A stretch of 41,927 bases of DNA from Ionaspis alba (taxonomy: Eukaryota): the NCBI GenBank assembly GCA_964255285.1, contig CAXUUL010000059.1, positions 1 to 41,927 on the forward strand, written 5' to 3'. Position 1 is the first letter of the stretch. Each line of letters opens with the position of its first letter. The notes below the pieces were generated by a model that worked only from the letters and a program-made list of their open reading frames with translations, had not been told where the DNA came from and searched no databases. Positions 1-12,808 of the stretch are shown here, in pieces. The translations under genes and the position numbers were made by a program.

Positions 1-720
1 TCTCGAACCCTGTTACTTCGAAGTAGATTACAGGCTGCTTCAAGTCTGCAAGCAGATCAACAGCGAGGCCAACACCGTTATGTTCGCCACAAGTACTTTC
101 TCCATGGTCAATTATGTGGGCCTCGAGCGCTTCCTCGGAGGGCTCAGCGTTGGACGCGGATGTCGACTTCCTTCAAATCTTCACGTCGTAATGTGAGTAT
201 TGTTTCCAAGATCCGAGGACTTTAAGCTTATCCTCGATATAGTAACTATGATTCTGACGAAAAAGAAATCCGCTTTTGGCGTCGTGCTCTCCTGCCAGCT
301 TTGCTGAACCAATTGATGTATCTCCAGAACCTCCAGGTGTGCATCGACAATCATTGGAGAGTCCATACGCGTTTGCTTATGACTCCAAGCCCAAGGTACG
401 TGGAGTCCGGGGTTTTCGATGGTCGGAGCCTACCCTTCGCAGCGCTCGAGGTCATCATTGATGAAAATCGATTCTCTTATTGGTCGAGCCACGAAGCCTT
501 GAGCCACGAAGCCTTCACCCTCCATAATCCATTCCGTCGGGAGGGAGAAGGCATCATCAGGTGGGACTGGGAATCTTCTCGACTAAAAAGAACCCATTTT
601 GTTGAGGAGCTCGAATCTGGGCTTCTGGAGAAGAGGAAATCGGAATATGCCACAACGACAAGGAAGCAAAGCCGCGGAGACTTCTACAAACACTACGGAC
701 AAAGGTCAAGATGGCACTGA
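1..720 (+). CDS. 5'-truncated fungal hypothetical protein (LLxVCKQIxxEA...F motif family)
   Basis: Frame 2 from the window edge reads LEPCYFEVDYRLLQVCKQINSEANTVMFATSTF, resembling the common Pezizomycotina LLRVCRQIYxEA motif. Intron 193-242 (GTGAGT...ATAG) joins it in frame to the 301..720 ORF, ending TGA at 718-720. Confidence 0.65.
486..515 (+). repeat. Perfect 15-bp tandem duplication (GAGCCACGAAGCCTT x2) inside the CDS
   Basis: 486-500 is identical to 501-515 and encodes SHEAL-SHEAF. Confidence 0.95.
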
Positions 721-1454
721 GCATACGTCCTTACGGCGCAGATACTGGCCCTTGAAGTACCAGGTCGGATTGGCCCGAGAACCTGCGATGGATTCCTCTC
801 GCCTAACAATTATCAAAGATTTCTATGTCCAGCAAGGTGATTTCCTCCAGTGGAAGTGCAGCCAAATATGGCTTAGTCACTTCTCAAGGGCTATAATGGT
901 CAATTCGGGCGGCTAGTTTCAGGCACACGTTTAGTGAGATGCCTTTTACACTCCTTATTTCTCACATCGAGGACGGCTTCGAGTTGAGGTTACTAGAACC
1001 GCGCGTTGACCAGAATGCCTCTAGCAGCGTTACAGGCTGGCTCACTAAAGATGCTTTACGTCTTACAAAGAAGCGATGAGAACTGGTTCACCTGCACTGC
1101 CTCGAAAGCCTTGGACGTTCGATGAGCAAACATAATTTACCAACATGGAAACCCAGTTTTGACAGAGCCATTGTGATCTATGCAGATGACTCTATGTCTT
1201 GACTCCTACATGCATGCACTTGAACGCCTCAATCATGGTACCCTACATATCATATCCCCACAGCCCTTCCTCCTTACCGATCAACAAACGCCTATCAAGT
1301 AAGCGATGAAGCCCAATGCCTCAATACATGCCACGACGTTGAAGGATGAATGAGTAGTATGCCGCTTGTCCTCTTGCACAATGTCCTCCCCACGCCACAA
1401 GTGTTTTCACACTGCCAATCCTGAACGCCACGTCCATGCCTGTACACGAACTAT

Positions 1455-4400
1455 CTACACTCTCTCTTCGGCAAACTCCACGATTGCAAAATCATCATCC
1501 GCATCTCGATCCTCTTCTCTTCTTCTCCTCGTGCTAACGACGACCTGTCCTTCTCCCTCGAATGTAATCAGATTCTCTACTCCCACGTTCCCAGCCTCGG
1601 TCACGTCCTCGCTAATAGCAGCCCCGGAACAGATCTTCGTGGTTGGTATCTCCTCGCCAAACACCCAGGGTGTGGTGTGGTCAGTGAGGTGGTGGATTTT
1701 ACGGTTAGGAGGCGAAGTGTAGATGTGCAAGTTTATGCGATGGTCGGTGTGGAAAGGCTGATATGGAGCATTGGTTGAGAGCTCTGCATGCGAGGTGGGA
1801 TTTCTGTGGTCTTTGTCCTTCTTGTGGGGATGTAAGTTGGAAGAAGAAGGCCAGTAGCCTCCGAGTACAGGAGATAGGTCGGGGGAAATCATCGAGGTAG
1901 AGCCGGGCGGGACCAAAAGTTCCGTCAGTTTCTCACCAATCACTGAAGGACGCCGTTTCGCTGCCTTCACATTGTTGCTCTGGCGAACGTGGTGGATCCG
2001 CAGGATTCCAGCACCGACAACAGCAAGGTGACTTCTCTCTTTACTGTTGCTTTCGACTTCATCCCCACTGCTGCCTCTGCTACTCAACTCGCCACTCAGC
2101 CAACGAATACAGCCACGACTGAGAGTGTTTGGCGCGCTAGGATTGCTTGGAATCTGAAGACGATTTTCGCCAAGGTGACGAAATGAATTGACGGTGCCTG
2201 TGGCAGCTCCAACAGACTTACCGATGCCAATTGCGACAGCCTTTCCGCCTTTCGCCCCAGCCCCTGCAGCCATGTTGAGGCCTTTCAGACCGGAAATGGT
2301 GCTTCCAATACTCTGTGGGCGGCCGCGGACAGCGGAGAAGAAAATCGGTGCTTTAGAGCTCACCATGTTCATAGCGGAGCCGAATGTGATGCCTTTAGAT
2401 GTGTGGAGCTCTGCGGCCCTTTGAGTCATACCACCGACCGCCTGCTCACTTGTTGTGGTAGCTGGACGGGTGACACGTCGAGGTGGAGGCCACTGAAAGG
2501 CACTTGGGGGCAGATCGAAGATATGTACAGTCCCTCGATCTGTGACCATAGCTAGTTTTTCTCCCCGCGGGGCCGTCCACACAACATCCACAATATTTGC
2601 AGTTGTCACCCTAGTAAAGCGTGCGATTTGTCTTACGGTCGGTCCATTATCTGTAGCTGCACTTTCGCCTCGTGAGAAGAATTTGCTCTTCCCATATATC
2701 ATACGCATCAGATCCCACACGTGTTGAGTATCTCCCTTCGCACTTGCAGTCAAAAGACTCAATCCGCTGGGATTGAAGGACAGAAAGCTACACCCGGCTG
2801 ATAATGCAAAGGTGGCAACTGGCTGTATAGCAACGCTTGGCTTGACATCTTGAGAGGACAAGCGTTCGAGGTCGAGTATAGATACCGGGACAGGTTGGTT
2901 GCTGGCCCGAATCTGTTCATCGTTTGCGTGGGTTGGGGGGAAAACTTGCTGAATCTGTTGCTGCATTGGAGGGTACGAACCGAATTGAGGTGGCGGTGGT
3001 GCTTCGGGCTTGCTCCAGTAATTCTTCCAGTAATGTGCTCCTTGTTCACCCAACCATTTCGCCCCCTTGATAACTTCCTGTGCAGCATCCCTCGCCATCC
3101 TATTGATAACACTTTCACCAAGAGGTATGTCGAGCTCGCAGTTGACTTGTGGCTGAGAGGGTGCCGTATGTGAGGTCAAGCCGGGTGGTCTTATGCTGAT
3201 ACTTGATGGGTTCACCTGACAATGCAAGGTCGATCGACTTGAGGGAACGGGAGGAACAATGGCAAGCCATCGATGACTCAAAGATAAGGTCGGTACGTCT
3301 AAGTCAGCTGCCCGAGTGGGAGACCCATCATGTGTACTCTCTGTTTCCGATGATGCCGATGAGGTCGACCAACTATTATTGGGTCTATTGAGCATGCTGG
3401 TCCAAGTCTTTCCCAAACATCGGAATGATTCCAAAGAGCTTCCAGAAGCACGTGGAGAAGCCTCAAAGACGTATATTTCACCACTGGTTCCTGATGCAAT
3501 AATCAAAAATTTGCCACATGCTCGGAGACTGAGGTTCCCTGTTGCAAAGGGAGACTCTAAAGGATGACCTGGAAGCTGAGCGTCCAATGCAACCGGAGGG
3601 CATTTGAGCAGAGTGGTAACATGTGAGATGTTTTTCAAAGAATAGACCTCCACCGTTGTCTGATATTGGGCTGGGAGTCGTGAGCCAGCGGTGTCAGTGC
3701 AATGCAGTGCATCTAGCATGCTCTCGGACGGCTCAAATTCTTGCTCTCCTAAGTTTCCAGTATCGGGTCGAGATTGCCAGTTCTCCTGGTTGGGCAAAAC
3801 CGGACCATGTATGACAACGGATATCAAAGGTCGTTGGCTGCGAAGAGGATCATCCCTTGAGCAAAGTGGCAGAATTTTCGCCCCTATAACGTTGCCGCGC
3901 AGGCCCTCAAGATGTCCGAATACATCCAATCTATTCTTTTGAATCCTGTAGACCACGAGATCTCGGTTGCCAGCAACAAGGAGTACATTTTCAGGTAGAA
4001 TGTCCGTGGCTGGATCACCGGCTACTTCCAACGTGTCAAATCCATAGAAGCTCCCGGACGACGTCCGGCTTGTGCTTTTATGCCGAATCATGGCGACGTC
4101 GGCCTCTGAAACACCGTAGAAGTGAGGCTGTGGGTGGTGAGGTAACAGTGGTACCTGCGGGTACTGTACCGGCATCACATTTGGTCTGGTACTACCAGGA
4201 GAAGAACCTAGATAATCCCCGAAACTTTGATAACCATTTTTGCGTCGGACCGGTGAACGATATGCAGCTTGTGGGGAGTTCGGAGGAGATGCATGACTGA
4301 AACCCCCACGAAAGTCGTCGCCGCGTGGAGGAGATGTGCTCGGCGGTGATCCAGCTAGACGCATGACATCGTCTTCATTGTGGGGCGGGCTGCTACTAAA

Positions 4401-4825
4401 AGGTATGTTACTAGCCCACGCGGAGGCATCGAAAGTCGTGTTGGAAGCTGCCCCGATTGCCGCAAGAACAGGTGAGGTTATGCCGTTGATCGGAAGTAGC
4501 TGGGGAGATATAGGATTTTGCGAGGGTGAGCTGGAGGGTTGTGCCCTTCTATGTGAAGTACACAGACAGTTTAGCTTGGACAATCGTGTACAGCAAAGTC
4601 TTGCTTTTGGACAGCTTCCGGCAAACTATACACATATACTTACACGTCTTTCGATTGTCCTTTGGCCGCCTTTTCTTTGTTTGTCTGCTCCCCTGTGATT
4701 TCATGTTTCTTACGCGACTTGCCCGGTATTTTCTGTGCTTTGCTTTTGAACGAGTCTTCTGGAAGATATTGACTTATGCCAGGAGTTTGCTGATCCACCG
4801 TAGGATAGTCTGACAAAGGGGGCAT
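1455..4825 (-). CDS. BCAS3-like WD40/beta-propeller protein (PROPPIN-related), ~1091 aa
   Basis: Exons 4825-4644 and 4548-1455; intron 4643-4549 GTAAGT...ATAG; total 3276 nt in frame. Motifs SFLSFNPSGLSLLTASAKGDTQHVWDL, RQIARFTRVT and TDRGTVHIFDL are typical of BCAS3-family propellers. Confidence 0.75.
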
Positions 4826-5819
4826 TCAACTGCACTCAGCAAAAGCCCAAGCAACCCAGGTTGGGGACACGAAATTATCGTCGAAGCTGGAGTGACCGAG
4901 ACAGAAGCTGTTCGGTAGTATGGAAAGGTTGGTGAAGCTGCACCTAGTCAAAGGCGAAACAGAGAATGTACAAGATTATGGCGCCTACGATAGGCAGACG
5001 GTAAAAGCCCGTGATCCCTAGACCACAAGACTGGGAGAAGAGACAGCTGCTAGCAAACTGTCTCCGAAGTCGAATCAAATCAAGAGGTATGTCGAAGCAA
5101 GAGCTGACCCAGTAGGTCAGGTGGAGCCAGTCGCGTTGCGAACACGGGTCAAGCTCCGGCAAGCGCAAGCTTCGAAAAAGAGCTGCAAGAACAATACTCC
5201 GAAGGGAAATGATGGGCAAAGAATGTATATAAGAGGAGGGATAGCAATACGTGCGATCTGACAGTTCAAAGTGGCAGCGTATGTGGTTTACAGGAGCTTC
5301 AGGAGCCAGGAGAGTAGAGGAGGAAGCAGAGGTGAGTGGTGCTTTGTTCGAGGCCTTTTCCCCCGCCGAGGGGTTGTCTTATGTTTTATGAACGCATTGT
5401 GCAGTCAATAAGCTTCGTCTCGCCGAGTCGCTTCCAACCAGTCACACAAAGGACAGGAGATCTTCTCTGCGATCAAAGGGCAGCGAGATAGATAGGATGC
5501 GAAGTTCTTATTGCATGATCTTTCTTAGTCTACTAGTCTGTCAGGTTGCGGCTTTTGTCTTCACTTTGTCCCATATTCACTCAGTGTCGAGAGGTAATTA
5601 TTTGAGGTGTTGGTTATCCATGATTTGACTGAGTCGAATAGGATAAAGAAATGGATGTGAAGCTATATTGACCCGCTTTGCAACAGCCTTAGAGCAAGGG
5701 AATTTCCGATATAGCTTAAAGAACCTGACAAACGCCCCCGGCCAGCCATACGTCCCATACCATAACGCCATCACCTATATACATGGACTAAGCCAGAATT
5801 ACATACGCTCGCTCTACCA

Positions 5820-6830
5820 TTACTTTCGACCTGGACCCTTATAGGTCTCGTTCCCCATCGCAATGTGATGTCGTAGAGGAAGATCTTTGTTTGGTTTCCG
5901 AGCGCCGATGGTCCCATCGAGAGTGTTGAAGGCTAGGGTCCGTGGTGTCATTGGCGGCTTTTGCATGCCAGGCGATCCGGGCGTTTGCGGGTATTGACTC
6001 ATTTCCGTCTCCCATTTCTTGTCATCGAAGGTGGACGACGGAGATTCAACGTCGGAGAACTTGGAACTTTGAGATCCGCGTTGTGCTTTGGTGCGGAAGC
6101 AGCAGATGAAGGAGAAGAGGAAGTATGTGAAGAAGAGAGCACTAGACGGACTTAGTTAGTTGACGATTCGCAGCATGGCAACCGCTGTTATATGAGTGGT
6201 CAACCAAGGACATTCGACGAACCAGAGGACGATTGTCACAGCAAAAGTGCTCTTTGCTTGCAGACAGTAACCTTTCAAATTCGAAGCCACAGGGCTGTCG
6301 CAGCTTCGAGTCAGATACCACGGAACCTTGGATGGATGTTTCAGATCGCTATAGTCCGACCCTGCTTGTTGACTGATACTGAATCCGTAGAGCGCTACGA
6401 GGATAGCGTGCACGACGGCGGACAGGAGAGGGGGGAAGCAGTGGGTGATATATAGGAAGCTCTTGACGAGCATGATGAACATGGAAAGCACGGCGATGAC
6501 AAGGTTGAAAGTCGTGACACTATTCCAAGCATCAGAGGTCAGCGGGAGCGCTTGAGCAATTCGAAGTCATGCGACTCACAACTGGTTCCATGGTGTTGGA
6601 GCTGGGATGGGTTTGTAGTTTGCATATGCGTAGAGCAATTGAATGGGGTCGCTATTCCATCCATGATTTGCTCCTTCCTGCCAGAGCTTCGTTCGATACA
6701 GATTCGGATCCGCAATACCGACGAGAGCAAGCATAGCAATCGTCAATGGGATCTCGATGAAGCACAAAGCCACAGGCAGCTTTGGCATCCGCCATTCCAG
6801 ATTCACCCACGAACAAGCTGGCATCCGCAT
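5820..6830 (-). CDS. Conserved fungal ~4-TM membrane protein (MARVEL-like topology), ~289 aa
   Basis: Exons 6830-6580, 6519-6223, 6141-5820; introns GTGAGT...TAG and GTTCGT...CTAAC...TAG; 870 nt in frame. Four hydrophobic segments, motifs LYRTKLWQEG and PWYLTRSC, C-terminal PMTPRTLAFNTL. Start codon uncertain. Confidence 0.8.
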
Positions 6831-8554
6831 CGTGAGAAGGAGACGACCGACAAGTCTGAAAATAGTCGAATCTCAAACTTGCGACTGCTATATTAATTAT
6901 GAGCAGGTTTCGAATCAGGAGCGAAACTGCTGCAAGATGGCAAGAAGCAGACCTTATGAGAAGGTCGAGTCTGTCTCCTCCTTAGGCACGCCCCATACCA
7001 GCATCTGCTTTGCATCCAACTGCATTCTACCGCCAATGATTAACCGCCCGGATTGGACCAGTGGTGAAGGAGGGAAGGGAAAGTGTGGGGTGGGTTCGAT
7101 GATTGGGCGGCAACAGGGGATATGTGACGGGTTCGAAGCTTGCATAATTTAGCGGCCGAATTCCATCCATTCAAAAGTTCTCCGTCCCTCCTTTCCGCTC
7201 AATTGGAGTCCTGAGCCCGTGTGCTGACATTTACCCTTAAACTGTCGCTCCCTGGCAGTAGATTTGATACTATTATCGATCAAGCTTGGCTGCTCGTTGC
7301 ATCTTCACCAACGAGACCTACTCGTGTACGCCTACTTTGATTATCATTATTGGGGAGATCTTCCGATATCTTCAATGCATTGATGGTGGTTCGAGAAGCT
7401 CTAGCCTATATCACAGGTGTATGACGGTGTTCTTGGACTGGTCATTTACAGTACTTCAAGCTCATGTAAGGATTCTTATTTATTGTTGATCTTAGTGGAG
7501 TATCGTATCGTATCATATCGAGCTTGAAATATGCCATGCATGCCCCAAGTTGGACATCATCAGACCTTGTCATCGTCGTGACATGACTTCAAGTTGGTCT
7601 TGCATTATACGGGATCACAGAAAATGTGTTTTCACCCCAGCGATCTGAATCCTCAGCGTGTTCATGTTCAGTGCTTCGACCGGTTGCCGTATGGCACCTG
7701 TCCCTAAGAAGCGATCATGACGACCCATCTTACATTTTTATCAGATGATATAGTCGTACTTAAAGATATTTACAGTGACAATCGCGCTCTGAAGAATTGT
7801 CCATGTAAAGTTCGACCCAGCTGTCTATCCGTAAACAAGGACGATTTGGTACTAGATATACATTTTCTCTTCCCGAGTCAGACGACTTTCAGATATAGAG
7901 ATATGAAAATCCGAAGGGAATTAACAACGCATGCGGCAGCAAAGCTCACTTGTCTCGATCTTAATTGTTCAAGGTAATAATAATCGAAGGTATGTGATGA
8001 AGCTGTTGCTGATAATCCACGATAAGCACTAAAGCCATGGCTCACGCACGTTGCTCCTCGCTACGCAACCCCCGCCACTTATTGATTTCCGACCAGTTAG
8101 GGAGCATCCCGCTTTCCGAGCTTGCAAACCCAGATCCACATCCAAGGAATTGTTCCAGCATCTTTCCACCATCGTATACAGTTCTATCTCCGTAATCAAG
8201 TCTTCGAAATCTTTAATTTCAAGAACAACATCACTTTATCCACTCAATACAGCTTATCGTCTGAACGGTCAAGTGTGGCTCGCCACCACGTGCTCCACGA
8301 GCCCTAGGCTATCCCGTCCACGGCTCAAGCGTACGCAATCGAGCTGTTCAGCACTCCGCGATCGAGCTTCAAATTTTCAACAGCTGGCCTCAGGAGAACT
8401 ATTCTGGGTCGGTGGACCCAAATGAGCTGTCGCATGGTGTATCTATCGAGACCGGAGATCTAGTGATCTCCAAACCCACATCCATACGTCGTCCCTCCCG
8501 TTACTTGCGTCTGTCAGCGTTCCGTCAATCATCAAAAGCTTCGACACTCGCGCC

Positions 8555-11070
8555 ATGTCAGTCTCTCCGCAGCTGACTCCCGCTGGGAGCAGCACCTATA
8601 ACTCGCCTACCATGTATGTCGGAGATGGAACGTGGGACACGAGCCGGAACACTTTCCTGCTGCCAAATCTCGTGGGTTTGAATTTTGACACAATGCGTTA
8701 CAACGGTACGTCAAGCCCTCAGATGCAGTGACTGTACATATCACTGAGGACCCGTAGGCATGGGCAACCGATTTGCCGAGCTCCCAGGATACTTCAATCT
8801 TATTCAAGCTCATGGCATCATCGCCGCTATCACATTCATACTCCTCGTCCCCTCTTCCATCATGGTACTTCAATTTTACAAACGGAGCCGTACGAGAGCG
8901 ATACGATGGCATATATGGTTACAGATACTGACCGTCCTGTTGGTGACTGTTGTCTTCGTACTCGGGTTTTTTGCTGTTGGGCCACAGAGGAGTTTGTCAA
9001 ATCCACATCATGGCATCGGAGTTGCAATCTATGTTTTGATCCTGACACAATTTGTTTGGGGATGGTTTGTGCATAGTAGGAATAAGAGGAAACTCTTGCC
9101 ATATCTTCCTCTGAAAGCTATGGTCTGTCATTTCTACCTCGTATGTCTCGACCAATTGTTGACGTTCTTACCAGTTTCATAAATGGTTCGGCAATGCTAT
9201 TGCTCTTCTAGGGCTAGCACAGATACCACTAGGTTTGACACTTTACGGATCTCCGCAATGGCTCTTCATTCTATACACATTAGCTGTCTTCGCACTTCTG
9301 GTAATTTACTTTGTCTTATCATATCGGCACGACAAGAATCGTGGGAGAGATTGGGGAAGCGATTACAGTTATGCATCCAATTCTGGTGGTAGCATTCATG
9401 ACGGAAGAGAACACAGTCGTTTGGGGCGATTGGCGAAAGCCGGTGCGGTTGGAGTTGGTTTAGCTGCATTGATGTCTCGATTCCGAAGCCGATCGCGACG
9501 TCGCGGCGACCCAGAGGTTGTTGGATCTCGAAGGCATTCTGGTTCATACGAGGAAGAGGAGAAATACACACAATACGGCAAAGATCCGGGAAGGGAGGGA
9601 GGATTCAGACAGAAGCTTCTTGGCATTGGTGCCCTGGCTGGTGCTGCTTATTGGATCACGAGGATGCTTGGCAGGAAAGACCACGACGATGACAGTGGAG
9701 CCACCGAGAGCAGTGAAGATAGTCTCTCCAGAATTGAGGCTGGTAGACCGTTGCCCGCGGGACAGGTTCTGCCAAGCAGTCAGCACCCTTTGAACCAGAC
9801 ACAAGCCCAACCACTCAATCCAGCCTTGAATCACCGAAGAAGTACCAGCTCAATATCCTACGACAGTTACATGAGTGGAAGTCCTTCTCGACAACGACGG
9901 GGTCATGGACTCCGAAATGCCGTTGCAGGGATCGGTGCCTTCGGAGTGGCTCGAAATCTCTTCAAGAAACGCCGTGAGAGAAAAGAGCAGCGTAGAATAG
10001 ATACTCTCCGGGAGCAAGAGATCGAGGATGAGCGTATAGCCCGTGCCAATAGCCAGCGCTACACTGGTGATGGTGCTCCTCGTCGCCAGGCCCGACGCGG
10101 TTCTCTAAGCACGAGTACCGACTATTCTGAAGATCGAAATCGTCACAATCCCCTCACAGCACCTCCTTTACCAGGTGGTGGCGCTCTCCCCGCCGGTGCA
10201 GTCGTCACAGACCAGATCCGGCACAACATCCCGCCCACAGCCAGCAATCCCGTGATCAGCGGCGCTCTACCCGTGCCACCACCACCTCACGATCCTCAAG
10301 GCGTTCTCCACAATGAATCTTCTGGCTCTGAAATATACACTACCGCCTCCGGCCGTCCACATCACAGACACCACGCCGGGCGCGACGCTGCCACGGCTGG
10401 CCTTGCCGGTACCGCAGCTGGCCTGGCAGCAGGTGAAGCCATCTCGAAACACCGCTCTCGCTCTCGTTCTCGCCGCCATAGCGATAGCCCCGCGGAAGGA
10501 TCCTTGGCTTCGCCTCCTGTCAGCGTAAAGGTGAAAATGCATTCCGATGGCCGCCATGTCACCCTGCGTCGGCTCCCAGAGCAAGAAGCTGCCGCCGAGC
10601 GTGCTGCTCGACGCGCTTCTCGTGACCGCAACGGACGTCGCCGCCGAGCTGGTAGCGTCAGTTCTTTGTCTGGTACGGATGCTGGAGTCGGAGGCGAGCG
10701 ATGGCGCCGCACCGAAGCTCTTGAGCGTCAGCAACAGGAAGAGCTTGAGCGCCAACGCATTCAAGCTGCACAAGCCCAGATTGCCCAGGACAAGCTCGGA
10801 GTGCCTAATCCGCTCCCGCCACCCCCTCCAATACCCCCTGGAGGATTTGCCAGTAGCGGCGTTAGTGGGATGAGTGGTGGACCGGCTGGCGGGAGTGGGA
10901 TCTTGAGACCGGGGACTGGAGGGAGTGTTGGTAGCCCTGGAACTTATGATGGGACAGGGACGGAGGCTAGTGCTGATTATGCTAATAATCGGAGGAGAAG
11001 AAGAGCGGAAAGGGCACAAGCCAAATTGGCCAGAGAGGGTAGAGCTGGGGGTGGGGTAGAGTTCACATAA
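8555..11070 (+). CDS. Cytochrome b561-domain membrane protein with long disordered C-terminal tail, ~803 aa
   Basis: Exons 8555-8705, 8758-9122, 9175-11070; introns GTACGT...TAG and GTCTGT...CAG; 2412 nt in frame. Putative heme-ligand histidines in AHG, RWH, PHH and FHKWFG within TM helices. Confidence 0.85.
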
Positions 11071-11728
11071 GGGGTATGGCTTTCGAAGATAGGTGCATGG
11101 CCATGGGCAGATATACCGCATTGTGTGTTTGTGAGGATGTGACTGGAGTGTTGGCCACTTTGAGTGCCTGGTGCTGCGGTTTGCCTTTTAGCGCGGCGTG
11201 CATATTTCAATTGGTGTTTGGCGAATCAGGTCCGTGTAGCTTGTTTGCGCTTGGAGTATGACGGAACGACGTTTAGCTAAAATATCTCTTCAACATTGAA
11301 ACTGTTACCAATACTCTTTTCTGGGTGGAAAACAGCTCCGATTTTTAAAACAGGTTGCATCAGATATTTTACAGATATAGTACCAAGGCAGCACTGTCAT
11401 GTGATTCTGAATGTTGCTTGGCTAGGGCTTTACTGGCGACGCTGAATGTTCCGCAGCAGCTTCGCCGCCATTTGGGAAGTGATTGCCAGGAAAGACTGTG
11501 ATTTTCGTCCACACCGAGTGAAGGTTGAAAACCATACCTTACAACGTGTTACATGAACATACAACCCGCGATATGTCTTTTGTCTCAAGAGCAGGCTTGG
11601 GGCCATTCCACCAAAATTCGCGGTAGAACCGAGATTCATTGCTATGGTCGAACAAATTTAAAACCATATCAAATATCCTGGCTTTGCCCCGCCCGCAATT
11701 GTCGTCCTATCTATCGACTCTTGCCTCT

Positions 11729-12202
11729 TCAATCATGGTTTCTCCTGAAATGGCCCATGAAATTTTCGTTGTCTCCCAAATCGCTACCTTCCCGATGGCA
11801 CTTCGGCACCGGGCACTTCCGATGGGTGCGTTTCCTCACATGCTCTCTCCATGATGTGACACAGATCTTGTGTGCCGGACAGAATTTGGGGAATCGCCGA
11901 GCATGATCGCGGCATTCCTTTTCCGTGATGAAGGTGTCTTTGCAAAGCTTGCAGGCATACACAGTAGGAGCTGGCTCGACCTTTTGTTTGATGGGTGCTG
12001 GTTGTTGAGTGACTGGAGATAAAGTATAGTTGATGGTGCCAGCGGAAGTGTTGTAGATGAGAAAAGATTTGCTAGTCTGAGGTGGGTTTGTGATTGTGCC
12101 GCGATTGTAGATGACGTATCTCGGACTACCAGTGTTGTCGTTGAGGGAGCGCGCCAGGGCTATAGCGTCTGCTCTTTCAGATATTCCGCTCTTTGGAGTC
12201 AT
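11729..12202 (-). CDS. Small Cys/His-rich zinc-finger protein, 157 aa
   Basis: Intronless ORF with ATG in good context (ACCACCATG). The C-terminal half has CKLC-x12-H, C-x2-H-x2-C-x6-H-x5-H and C-x4-C-x15-H-x4-H arrays. Confidence 0.65.
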   Translation of the reverse strand: MTPKSGISERADAIALARSLNDNTGSPRYVIYNRGTITNPPQTSKSFLIYNTSAGTINYTLSPVTQQPAPIKQKVEPAPTVYACKLCKDTFITEKECRDHARRFPKFCPAHKICVTSWREHVRKRTHRKCPVPKCHREGSDLGDNENFMGHFRRNHD

Positions 12203-12808
12203 GGTGGTAGAGGGACAGATGGAAGTTAGGGCTTGATGCTGGAGAAGATGCTTGAGCTCTATGGTGAGACACCTGCACTACACATGGAAGAAGATTGAAG
12301 TATAACACCGCGCCTATATAATCCGGAGGAATCGACTTCATGGGCATAGTCTGAGATAGTACAAAGAACCTTTGAAGCAATTCTAGAGTAGGAGATGGAC
12401 TGGATGTCTCGGGTACTGCAACGGGAAAGCTGATGAAATGGTAAGAGCAAACCAAGGGAAAGAAACATGGTAACAATGAATACGGCGATAAGAAAAATGT
12501 CCGCTCATCTTGCAAGAGCGGTAGAACCAGAATTAGCCACCGACTCCAGGAAAAGGAAGTGTTCAACTTGTGGTTGAGAGCAAAGTGGATTAATATCTGG
12601 AGCAGGAGCAGGTATGATCACAAGTCCCACGTGTTCTCAAACAAGTATTTCATTGATCCGTCTGCGATACGAAGTACAGCTAGGACGAAAGGAACGACAG
12701 ACGGGACAGAGGCTGTCTTTACCCGAAACCCTGGCGCTAACCCTTTTTAGCTCAACAATATCTCCAGGTATCTTCCCTCTAACATGCCATTACTTCACTC
12801 CAGCCTCA

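Noticed and set aside
8454..8471. Hairpin GGAGATC-TAGT-GATCTCC upstream of the b561 gene
   Set aside because: A short stem within chance expectation, with no further support.
7150..8500. ORFs at 7286, 7717 and 8051 and a short TATCG repeat at 7501-7520
   Set aside because: No protein-like motifs or coherent splice pattern; treated as intergenic sequence between divergent genes.
10267..11121. 284-aa minus-strand ORF, and the many other 60-130 aa ORFs antisense to or overlapping real genes
   Set aside because: Shadow frames of GC-rich low-complexity coding sequence with no recognisable motifs.
12177..12808. Hydrophobic 129-aa minus ORF and in-frame upstream ATG12614 extension of the thioesterase
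   Set aside because: Pyrimidine-rich divergent promoter/UTR sequence. The minus ORF has no ATG start, and ATG12809 gives a better mitochondrial presequence.
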